From an uncultured bacterium (GTDB lineage Bacteria > Patescibacteriota > Minisyncoccia > Phycocordibacterales > UBA9973), in contig CAIJZZ010000070.1 in the NCBI GenBank assembly GCA_903825255.1, positions 8,767 to 72,766 of the forward strand: a stretch of 64,000 bases of DNA, given 5' to 3'. Shown here piece by piece: positions 24,131 through 32,079 of the stretch (its first letter is position 1; every line of letters starts with the position of its first letter). The position numbers were made by a program, and so were the translations under genes. The notes beneath the pieces are model-generated. The model ran no database searches. It was not told the DNA's origin and worked only from the letters and a program-made list of their open reading frames with translations.

Positions 24131-25009
24131 ATGCAGACAGATGAAAATTGGATTAAGAAATTTAGGCTTCTAATTCTTGTTGTTTTCCTTTTAGTTTGTG
24201 TTACTTTTCTTTTTTACTTAGATTGGCAAGAATCCCATAAGGAGTTTACTTTTGCAGTGTTGGATATAGGTCAAGGAGATGCTCTTTTTATAGAGTCTCC
24301 GACTGGTGTGCAAATACTCGTCGATGCTGGACCGACAAAAAAAGTTTTGAATGAATTATCAAAAGTAATGTCACCATTTGATCGCAGCCTAGATGCAATT
24401 ATTATGACGCACCCAGACCAAGATCATATTGGTGGATTTGCGGATGTTTTGAAATATTATAAAGTAGGGGAAGTTTTCGAACCAGGAATCTTAACTGATT
24501 CAAAAACTTATCAAAATTTAGAGGTAGAAATACAGAAGAAAAAAATCCCAGATATTTTAGCGCGCCGCGGAATGCGGTTAGATTTAGGTGGGGGAGCAGT
24601 GCTAGATATTTTATTTCCAGATCGAGATGTCTCTGCTTGGGAAACAAACGAAGGTTGTATTGTCGCACGTCTTTCATATGGTGATATCTCTGTGATGTTG
24701 ACTGGGGATGCACCGATTAAAACAGAAAAAATAATTTTGAGTGAAAATAAAAGCGAACAACTCAAAAGTACTATTTTAAAAGCTGGACACCATGGTTCGC
24801 GTACTTCTACTTCACAAGAATTTTTACAAGCTGTAAATCCAGAATATGCTTTAATTTCTGTTGGAAAAGATAATAAATATGGTCATCCACACCAAGAAGT
24901 ATTAGACCTTTTGAATAAATTTAAAGCTCAAATTTTACGAACGGATCTGCTCGGCACAATAATAATGAAATCTGACGGAGATATGTTAAAATGGAAATAT
25001 GCAAGATAA
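24131..25009 (+). CDS. ComEC/Rec2-type metallo-beta-lactamase domain protein (MBL domain only, one TM)
   Basis: VLDIGQGDALFIE, IMTHPDQDHIGG, MLTGDA, KAGHHGSRTS and YGHPH match the ComEC C-terminal nuclease-like domain. No channel domain is present. Confidence 0.8.
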   Translation: MQTDENWIKKFRLLILVVFLLVCVTFLFYLDWQESHKEFTFAVLDIGQGDALFIESPTGVQILVDAGPTKKVLNELSKVMSPFDRSLDAIIMTHPDQDHIGGFADVLKYYKVGEVFEPGILTDSKTYQNLEVEIQKKKIPDILARRGMRLDLGGGAVLDILFPDRDVSAWETNEGCIVARLSYGDISVMLTGDAPIKTEKIILSENKSEQLKSTILKAGHHGSRTSTSQEFLQAVNPEYALISVGKDNKYGHPHQEVLDLLNKFKAQILRTDLLGTIIMKSDGDMLKWKYAR

Positions 25010-26243
25010 AAAAGTAGAAAAACTTATTAAAAGTGAGGCAAAAAGACAAGCAGAGGGCTTGGAACTTATTCCTTCTGAAAACTATGTTTCAGAAGATGTA
25101 TTAAAAGCGAATGGTTCTATTTTTACTAATAAATATTCAGAAGGTTATCCAGGTCGTAGGTATTATGGTGGACAGGAATTTACTGATCAAGTTGAGAGAT
25201 TGGCGATAGAAAGAGTTTGTAAACTTTTTAATTGTAAATTTGCGAACGTTCAGCCTCATTCTGGTGCTCCAGCCAACTTAGCAGTTTATGCAGCGCTTTT
25301 ACAGCCGGGGGACACGGTACTTGGTATGGATTTATCGCACGGTGGACATTTGACGCATGGACATCCGATGACCTTACCAGCGAAGATTTATAAATTTGTG
25401 ACTTATAAAATGAAAGATCCTGATACAGGAGAGATTGATTATGAGGATCTTCGTCGGGTAGCACTTCTGACAAAACCAAAAATAATTTTAGCTGGTTTCT
25501 CAGCTTACCCTCGAACCCTAGACTATAAAAAATTCGTAGAAATTGCCCATGAAGTGGGGGCAGTCACGATGGCAGATATGGCGCATATCGCTGGACTTAT
25601 CGCAGGCAAAGCACTGCGCAATCCATTCGATGATGGTTTTGATATTATCACTTCTACGACGCATAAAACTTTACGTGGTCCGCGTGGAGGCATAATACTC
25701 ACTCGAGAAAACGAAGAGATCGCGAAGAAAATTGATAAAGCTATTTTCCCTGGTATTCAAGGTGGTCCGCATATGCATATCATTGCCGCCAAGGCTGTGG
25801 CTTTTGGTGAAGCTTCAACTCCGAAATTTAAAATATATGCAAAACAGATTCTTAAAAATGCTAAAGCCATGGAACAAGTTTTCAAGAAAAATAATATCCG
25901 AATGATTGGTGGTGGCACAGATAACCATTTAATATTAGCGGATGTTTTCGGCTCATTGGGTGTGACAGGCAAAGAAGCACAGACAGTTCTCGATGAAGTT
26001 GGAATCACGCTTAATATGAATTCAATTGCGGGGGACACTAGAAAACCACTTGATCCTTCTGGTATTAGATTTGGCACACCAGCTATAACGACTAGAAGAT
26101 TTAAAGAGAAAGAATGTAAACGCGTAGCGGAGCTTATGATTCTGACCCTTAAGAACAAAAATGATAAGAAGGTTAAAGAAGCAGTGCATAAAGAAATTAA
26201 AAAATTAGCCAAAAAATTTCCAATACCAAAGAAATTTGTATAA
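24999..26243 (+). CDS. glyA: serine hydroxymethyltransferase
   Basis: ELIPSENYVS, RYYGG, VQPHSGAPAN and TSTTHKTLRGPRGG (PLP lysine) are present. Confidence 0.95.
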   Translation: MQDKKVEKLIKSEAKRQAEGLELIPSENYVSEDVLKANGSIFTNKYSEGYPGRRYYGGQEFTDQVERLAIERVCKLFNCKFANVQPHSGAPANLAVYAALLQPGDTVLGMDLSHGGHLTHGHPMTLPAKIYKFVTYKMKDPDTGEIDYEDLRRVALLTKPKIILAGFSAYPRTLDYKKFVEIAHEVGAVTMADMAHIAGLIAGKALRNPFDDGFDIITSTTHKTLRGPRGGIILTRENEEIAKKIDKAIFPGIQGGPHMHIIAAKAVAFGEASTPKFKIYAKQILKNAKAMEQVFKKNNIRMIGGGTDNHLILADVFGSLGVTGKEAQTVLDEVGITLNMNSIAGDTRKPLDPSGIRFGTPAITTRRFKEKECKRVAELMILTLKNKNDKKVKEAVHKEIKKLAKKFPIPKKFV

Positions 26244-26245
26244 AA

Positions 26246-26878
26246 ATGGATAAAGAAAAATTAGATGAATCATCAGAAAATGAAACAGAGGTGGAAGTAA
26301 AGTTCCAACCTACTGAAGAACAATTAAAAAAACTTCTAGAAGGAGCAATATTTGTGCATGAAAAAGAAAATCATGATATTTATTATGATTTTAATGACTA
26401 TAGGTTAACTAAACAAGATGTTCGGTTGCGATTTAGAAATGGATTTCCTCAATTAAAAGTGGGAAAGGAACGGGGTGTAGCTGATGAAATAAAAAATGAA
26501 GAAGATATAAAAAAATATTTTAAGACAGACTTGGATTTAAAAGATTATATTTATAAAAATATGACTGTTTTTATTGAATATAAAGTAAAAAGAAAAGAAT
26601 ATGAAAAGGAAGGATTTACGATTGATTTAGATGATTGCAATTTTGGTTATAAATTATGTGAAATCGAAAAGATAGTAAAAGACAAGAGTGAAATTAGTAA
26701 AATAAAAAAAGAGATATTAGATTTTGCTTTTAAAAATGGAATTGAATATAGGAAAATTTCTTCTAAGAGAGATGAGTATCTCAGGAAAATGAGACCGGAA
26801 GTTTATAAAGAGCTCAACGGGAAAAAGATGGAAGATGAAGAAAAATTTAAAGATCAATGGCCTGCTGGTATACATTAA
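26246..26878 (+). CDS. CYTH-domain protein
   Basis: An N-terminal EVEVKF (ExExK) motif and an overall charged beta-barrel-like pattern. Confidence 0.65.
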   Translation: MDKEKLDESSENETEVEVKFQPTEEQLKKLLEGAIFVHEKENHDIYYDFNDYRLTKQDVRLRFRNGFPQLKVGKERGVADEIKNEEDIKKYFKTDLDLKDYIYKNMTVFIEYKVKRKEYEKEGFTIDLDDCNFGYKLCEIEKIVKDKSEISKIKKEILDFAFKNGIEYRKISSKRDEYLRKMRPEVYKELNGKKMEDEEKFKDQWPAGIH

Positions 26879-26893
26879 AATTTTGAATTAATT

Positions 26894-27601
26894 ATGGTAA
26901 AAAAAATAAAGCATAAAGGTAAGTTAATAGTAATTGATGGAATAGACGGAAGTGGGAAAACCACTCAAATAAATTTATTAACAAATAAATTAAAAGCTGA
27001 TGGGTTTAAAGTTAAAATTGTTCATTTTCCTAATTATGATAATTTTTTTGGTGCTTTTATAGGGCACTGTTTAAGTGAACAATATTATAATTTTCTTAAT
27101 GTCCATCCTAAAATAGTTTCAGTTCTTTATGCAGCCGATAGGTGGGAGTCTGGAGAACAAATAAAAAAAATGCTAAAAGAAGGATATATCGTTGTTCTTG
27201 ATCGATACGTAAGTGCAAATCAAATTCATCAAGGGGGAAAAATAAAAAGTGCAAAAAAAAGAGCTAGTTTTATAAAGTGGCTTAATCAAATGGAATATGA
27301 GGTTTTTAAAATTCCAAAACCAGACTTAACTTTATATTTAAATTTACCGATTAATATTGTTTTAGAACTTTTGAAAAAACGTGAAAGTAGTAAGATAAAA
27401 AGAGAATATTTAAAGAAAGGTAAAAAGGATGTGCATGAGGCAGATGTGAATTTTTTAATTAATTCACGTAAAAGCGCCTTAAAACTCGTAAAGGAAATCC
27501 CAAATTTTATAAAAATTGAGTGCTCAAAAAAAGGCGAGATTCTATCACGAGAAAATATTCACGAAATGGTTTATGGAGAAGTTAAGAGGATTTTAAAATA
27601 A
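26894..27601 (+). CDS. tmk: thymidylate kinase
   Basis: P-loop VIDGIDGSGKTTQ and the DRY-like LDRYVSAN motif. Confidence 0.88.
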   Translation: MVKKIKHKGKLIVIDGIDGSGKTTQINLLTNKLKADGFKVKIVHFPNYDNFFGAFIGHCLSEQYYNFLNVHPKIVSVLYAADRWESGEQIKKMLKEGYIVVLDRYVSANQIHQGGKIKSAKKRASFIKWLNQMEYEVFKIPKPDLTLYLNLPINIVLELLKKRESSKIKREYLKKGKKDVHEADVNFLINSRKSALKLVKEIPNFIKIECSKKGEILSRENIHEMVYGEVKRILK

Positions 27602-28024
27602 ATGAAAATAAAAATTAAAAAATTAAAAGAGAATGCGAAGCTGCCGAAATATCATCATCCCGGGGATGTTGGGATGGATATGTATGCGATGGAGACAAAA
27701 ACTATGCAACCAGGAGAGCATTATCGTTTCTGGCATGGTTTTGCGCTAGAATTTCCCGAAGGTTATGGAGCTTTTGTGATGGACAAAAGTAGTATTTCAA
27801 AAATTGGGCTACATCAAATAGGGGGAATTTTTGATGCTGGGTATCGGGGAGAATACAATACTTTATTGGTAAATTTATCAGATAAGCCGTATACTTTTGA
27901 AGAGGGAGATAAGGTTTCACAGCTTGTGATTATGCCTGTAGTTATTGGAGAATTAGAGGAAGTTGATGAGCTAAGTGAATCAGCCCGTGGAGAAGGAATG
28001 TTTGGGAGTACAGGAAAAAAGTAA
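27602..28024 (+). CDS. dut: dUTP diphosphatase
   Basis: GDVGMDMYA, GIFDAGYRGE and the C-terminal RGEGMFGSTG are present. Confidence 0.9.
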   Translation: MKIKIKKLKENAKLPKYHHPGDVGMDMYAMETKTMQPGEHYRFWHGFALEFPEGYGAFVMDKSSISKIGLHQIGGIFDAGYRGEYNTLLVNLSDKPYTFEEGDKVSQLVIMPVVIGELEEVDELSESARGEGMFGSTGKK

Positions 28025-28025
28025 A

Positions 28026-29843
28026 ATGGAAATAAAAAAAGAACTAGAAAATTTAATAAAGAATGTTATATCTCAAATGTTTAATATTGATAAAGAATTT
28101 GTTGTCGATTTAGAACATCCAGCAGATTTAAAAAATGGAGATTACTCTTCTAATATTGCAATGATTTTCTTTTCATCTGTTAGGCAAGATACTAGAAAAA
28201 ATATTGGTTCCGACAATATAAATATTTTTGGATCCTATAATTTAGGAAACTATGATTGGAAAAATCCAAGAGAATGTGCAGAATCCATAAAAAGTGAAAT
28301 CTTGAAAGACAAACCAATTTTTTTAGAAAAAATCGAAGTGGCCGGAGCTGGTTTTATTAATTTTTATTTATCTAGAGAGTTTTTTACTGAAAGTATAAAT
28401 GAAATTTTAAAAGAAAAAGAAAATTTTGGAAAAAATAAAATATTAGATGGTAAAAAAGTGATGGTAGAATATACTCAGCCGAACCCTTTTAAACCTTTTC
28501 ATATTGGGCACCTGATGAGTAATGCGATAGGGGAATCAATATCTCGTATTGTAGAAGCAACGGGCGCAAAAACTGTCCGGGCGAATTATCAAGGTGATGT
28601 GGGCCCACATGTGGCGAAAGCTATTTATGAAATAATGAAAAATCCACTTTGTATTGAAAAGTTACACCGAGGAAATGATGGTAAAGAAAATCTTGCCTCA
28701 GCCCAAGCACATCATATTGGAGAGTGTTATGTAAAAGGCAACGATGCTTATGAGACCAACGAGACAGCTAAACGTGAAATTGATGAGATTAATAAAAAAA
28801 TATATAACCGAAGTGATGAAAAAATAAATGAGATTTATGACATAGGTAGAAAGGTAACCTTAAAAGCTTTTGAAGAAATATATAAAATATTAGGTACAAA
28901 ATTTGATGAGTATTTTTTTGAGAGTGAGATGGCAAAGATTGGACAGAAAATAGTAGAAGAAAATACCGACAAGGTTTTTGAAAAATCAGACGGTGCTATT
29001 GTTTTTCATGCCGAAAAATATGATCCGAAATTACATACTAGAGTTTTTATAAATTCTCAAGGCTTACCGACCTATGAAGCCAAGGAGCTTGGGTTAAATG
29101 AGACAAAATTTACTAAAGAAAATCCTGACCTTTCTATCGTGACTACTGCAATTGAGCAAGCGGAATATATGAAAGTAGTGCAAAAAGCATTGGAGATCAT
29201 GAAGCCTGAAATGGCTAAAAGAATGAAACATGTGACTCATGGCATGATGCGCTTAGTAACAGGCAAAATGTCTTCCAGAAAAGGCAATGTGGTGACAGGT
29301 GAATCACTACTTCACGATTCGATGGAAATTATAAGAGAAAAAATAAAAGAGCGAGAATTCACAGATGAAGAGAAAGAAAATATTGCTCGATTAGTCGGAG
29401 TGGCAGCTTTGAAGTATTCTATTTTAAAGTCCTCACTTGGTGGTGACATTATTTATGATTTTGAAAAGTCTATTTCTTTTGAAGGGGATTCTGGTCCATA
29501 TCTGCAATACACAGCCGTGCGAGCTAATTCAATTTTAATAAAAGCGAAAGAGTTTAAAATAGAAGCTGGTAAAGAAATTCCAACAGAAATTACTGAATTA
29601 GAAAAAATAATCTATCAGTTTCCGGAAGTGGTGGAACGTGCTTATTATTCTCTTGAGCCACACCATATTGCTACCTATCTAACAGAACTTACGAGTGCTT
29701 TCAATACTTTTTATGGCAACACTAAAATTCTTAATGTTGAAAATAAATATATTTCCTACCACCTAAATCTCGTAAAAGCATATTACCAAACTATGCAAAA
29801 TGGTCTCTGGCTTTTAGGTATTCAAATTCCAGAGAAAATGTAA
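28026..29843 (+). CDS. argS: arginyl-tRNA synthetase
   Basis: NPFKPFHIGHLMSNAIG (HIGH) and MSSRKGNVV (KMSK-like). I prefer the ATG at 28026 (MEIKKELENL), immediately after the dut stop. Confidence 0.92.
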   Translation: MEIKKELENLIKNVISQMFNIDKEFVVDLEHPADLKNGDYSSNIAMIFFSSVRQDTRKNIGSDNINIFGSYNLGNYDWKNPRECAESIKSEILKDKPIFLEKIEVAGAGFINFYLSREFFTESINEILKEKENFGKNKILDGKKVMVEYTQPNPFKPFHIGHLMSNAIGESISRIVEATGAKTVRANYQGDVGPHVAKAIYEIMKNPLCIEKLHRGNDGKENLASAQAHHIGECYVKGNDAYETNETAKREIDEINKKIYNRSDEKINEIYDIGRKVTLKAFEEIYKILGTKFDEYFFESEMAKIGQKIVEENTDKVFEKSDGAIVFHAEKYDPKLHTRVFINSQGLPTYEAKELGLNETKFTKENPDLSIVTTAIEQAEYMKVVQKALEIMKPEMAKRMKHVTHGMMRLVTGKMSSRKGNVVTGESLLHDSMEIIREKIKEREFTDEEKENIARLVGVAALKYSILKSSLGGDIIYDFEKSISFEGDSGPYLQYTAVRANSILIKAKEFKIEAGKEIPTEITELEKIIYQFPEVVERAYYSLEPHHIATYLTELTSAFNTFYGNTKILNVENKYISYHLNLVKAYYQTMQNGLWLLGIQIPEKM

Positions 29844-29850
29844 ATAAAAA

Positions 29851-29880
29851 AGCCCCACGGTGTTCTGTGAGGGCTTTTAA
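29851..29880 (+). terminator. intrinsic terminator after argS
   Basis: AGCCCCACGG-TGTT-CTGTGAGGGCT followed by TTTT. Confidence 0.65.
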
Positions 29881-30085
29881 AAAATGGTATTAAAAAAATA
29901 AAATTGCATTTTTAGATATCATAGTGCTTCACAAGATCAAATAACCCTGAACTAAATTAATGCTACCAAAAGCAAGTTAATTTATTACACTAAACAATCC
30001 AATATGCCCGTAAGCAAAAAAGTGCAATTTAATTAGATATTACAACAATCTAGGAAAAAAGCAATTTTTTTGTTAAGCTTTTAAT

Positions 30086-31834
30086 ATGGAATTAAAAACA
30101 CCCAAATTTGATAGTGCGATAGAAAAAGTTCTAGAAACACTTGTTCCACATACAAGGGAATGTAGGTGGCTGGGCGTGCATGAGCATTGTGAAGGAAAAT
30201 TTAAAATCGAGGAGGAGGATATTAAATTTTTAAAGAAATTTAAAGTGCCACCGCCAAATTATTGTCCGACATGCAGAAGAATGCGTCGTCTTCCGCATAT
30301 GAATATGTCTCGACTTTTTAAACGCAAATGTGATGTTCCAGGACATAATGAAATGATGATTTCAATTTTATCAGAAGAATGTCCATTTCCTGTTTATGAT
30401 TATAAATATTTTATTGATGATGAATTTGATGCTTTTTCTTTTGGTATGGAATATAAGAATGGGAATAGTCCGATGGAAACACTTTTTTCTCTGCGTAATA
30501 AATTTCCAATGCCATCTTTCTTAAATCGTGACCCATCTTCAGTAAATAGTGACTATTCAAACGGTGGACGGAACGTTAAAAATGGTTATTATGTTTTTGG
30601 TTGTTACACAGCAGAGGATGTTTGGTATTCTAGCTTAATAAATAAAAGTCGTAATGTTATGGATTCTGTTGCCTTAAATCATTCAGAATTTGGGTATGAA
30701 AGTATTGCCTCAGATCATATATATAAATCTTCCTTTGTCTATTTTTCTACTAATTGTATAGATAGTATATTTTTATTTGATTGTCGTAATTGTCAGAACT
30801 GTTTTGGTTGTATAAATTTACGTAATGCAAATTATTATATTTTTAATGAAAAATTTTCAAAAGAAGGTTATGAAGAGTTTATTAATTCTATTTATCCACT
30901 TTCTTTAGAAAAACTTAACTCTTTTAAAGAAAGGTTTTGGAATCTTGTAAAAAGTTTACCAGCGAATGGGACTAGGAATGTTTTAGTTAATAATGTTTCT
31001 GGGGTAAATTTAAGAAATTCTAAAAATTTATTTGATACTGTAAACGCAGATAATTCAGAAAATATTAGACATGCTGATGGGGCTCTTTCTCATAATGATT
31101 CCATGGATTTTCTTTTTTCTGGTGGGCATTCAAGTTTACTTTATATGACCACTAATATCGGTTCACAGTCTAGTAGAGTAAAGTTTTCTGTGTCTTCAAA
31201 ATTTTGTACTGATTCTGAATTTATCTTTAATTCAAAGAATTTGAACAATTGCTTTATGTGTTTTGGTTTACAAAATAAATCATATTGTATTTTAAATAAA
31301 CAATATTCTGAAGAAGAATATTATAAAATTGTTGATGAAATAAAAACTGAAATGCTCAGGAGGGAAGAATACGGAGACGGACTAGGAATAGAATTTTCTG
31401 CTCAAGCCTACAATTTTTCTCTAGGACAAATTTCTTATCCTTTAAGTAGTGAAGAAATAATAAAACTTGGTGGATACGTTGCAAGAGAACCTGAAACAAA
31501 TGTTGGAAATACTCCAACTCTTAATTATTCTGACTTACCTAAAACAATTAACGAAATATCTAATGATATTTTAAATGAAGCTATTTTTTGTGAAGAGAGT
31601 GGTAGACCGTTTAGAATAGTAATTTCTGAACTTGAATTTTATCGAAGAATGAATTTACCATTACCGAATATACATCCATCATTGCGTATGGAGAAAAGAC
31701 TTAGTTTTATGAAGGATGGGAAAAAATATAAGGCTATCTGTGCTAAATGTAAAAAAGATATTGAAACCATTTATGATCCAGTTGAAAAATTTTTATTATA
31801 TTGTGAAAAATGTTACCAGCAGGAAGTTGCTTAG
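30086..31834 (+). CDS. Cys-rich protein with internal duplication and terminal zinc-ribbon-like motifs
   Basis: CPTCRRMRRL lies near the N-terminus and CAKCKK...CEKC at the C-terminus. Two modules end in CRNCQNCFGCINLRNANYYIFNEKFSKEGY and LNNCFMCFGLQNKSYCILNKQYSEEEY. Confidence 0.6.
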   Translation: MELKTPKFDSAIEKVLETLVPHTRECRWLGVHEHCEGKFKIEEEDIKFLKKFKVPPPNYCPTCRRMRRLPHMNMSRLFKRKCDVPGHNEMMISILSEECPFPVYDYKYFIDDEFDAFSFGMEYKNGNSPMETLFSLRNKFPMPSFLNRDPSSVNSDYSNGGRNVKNGYYVFGCYTAEDVWYSSLINKSRNVMDSVALNHSEFGYESIASDHIYKSSFVYFSTNCIDSIFLFDCRNCQNCFGCINLRNANYYIFNEKFSKEGYEEFINSIYPLSLEKLNSFKERFWNLVKSLPANGTRNVLVNNVSGVNLRNSKNLFDTVNADNSENIRHADGALSHNDSMDFLFSGGHSSLLYMTTNIGSQSSRVKFSVSSKFCTDSEFIFNSKNLNNCFMCFGLQNKSYCILNKQYSEEEYYKIVDEIKTEMLRREEYGDGLGIEFSAQAYNFSLGQISYPLSSEEIIKLGGYVAREPETNVGNTPTLNYSDLPKTINEISNDILNEAIFCEESGRPFRIVISELEFYRRMNLPLPNIHPSLRMEKRLSFMKDGKKYKAICAKCKKDIETIYDPVEKFLLYCEKCYQQEVA

Positions 31835-31867
31835 TAACTCTTGCATTTTTTGATTTTTCTCGGTATT

Positions 31868-32050
31868 CTTAAGGTATGCGTTGAAGAGGCCCCGTCCGAA
31901 TAATCCGGGCAGACATCACCTCGGAGCATTAGGAAGAAACCCCAAAAGGGAAGTAGAACCTATTAAATGAGAAGTAATCAAGGTGGTACCACGGGGAAAC
32001 TCGTCCTTGTATAGTAATTATTGTAATTATTATACGTGGACGAGTTTTTT
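31868..32050 (+). promoter_or_regulatory. T-box riboswitch leader (Ile specifier) with intrinsic terminator
   Basis: T-box sequence AATCAAGGTGGTACCACGG (31976-31994). A candidate specifier AUC-A lies at 31915-31918 in an internal loop of a short stem (GAGG..CCCG/CGGG..CCTC). The terminator AAACTCGTCC...GGACGAGTTTTTT ends at 32050, 30 nt before ileS. Confidence 0.8.
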
Positions 32051-32079
32051 ATTTATCAATTTAAAATTAAATTAAAAAT

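Noticed and set aside
27975-28025. Upstream extensions of argS (27975), metG (43251), the MFS gene (4887, TTG) and ORF 6258 (TTG) as given in the ORF track.
   Set aside because: The extensions overlap the preceding genes, or use non-ATG starts, and add non-homologous residues. Internal ATGs at 28026, 43290, 4950 and 6276 fit the homology and promoter spacing better.
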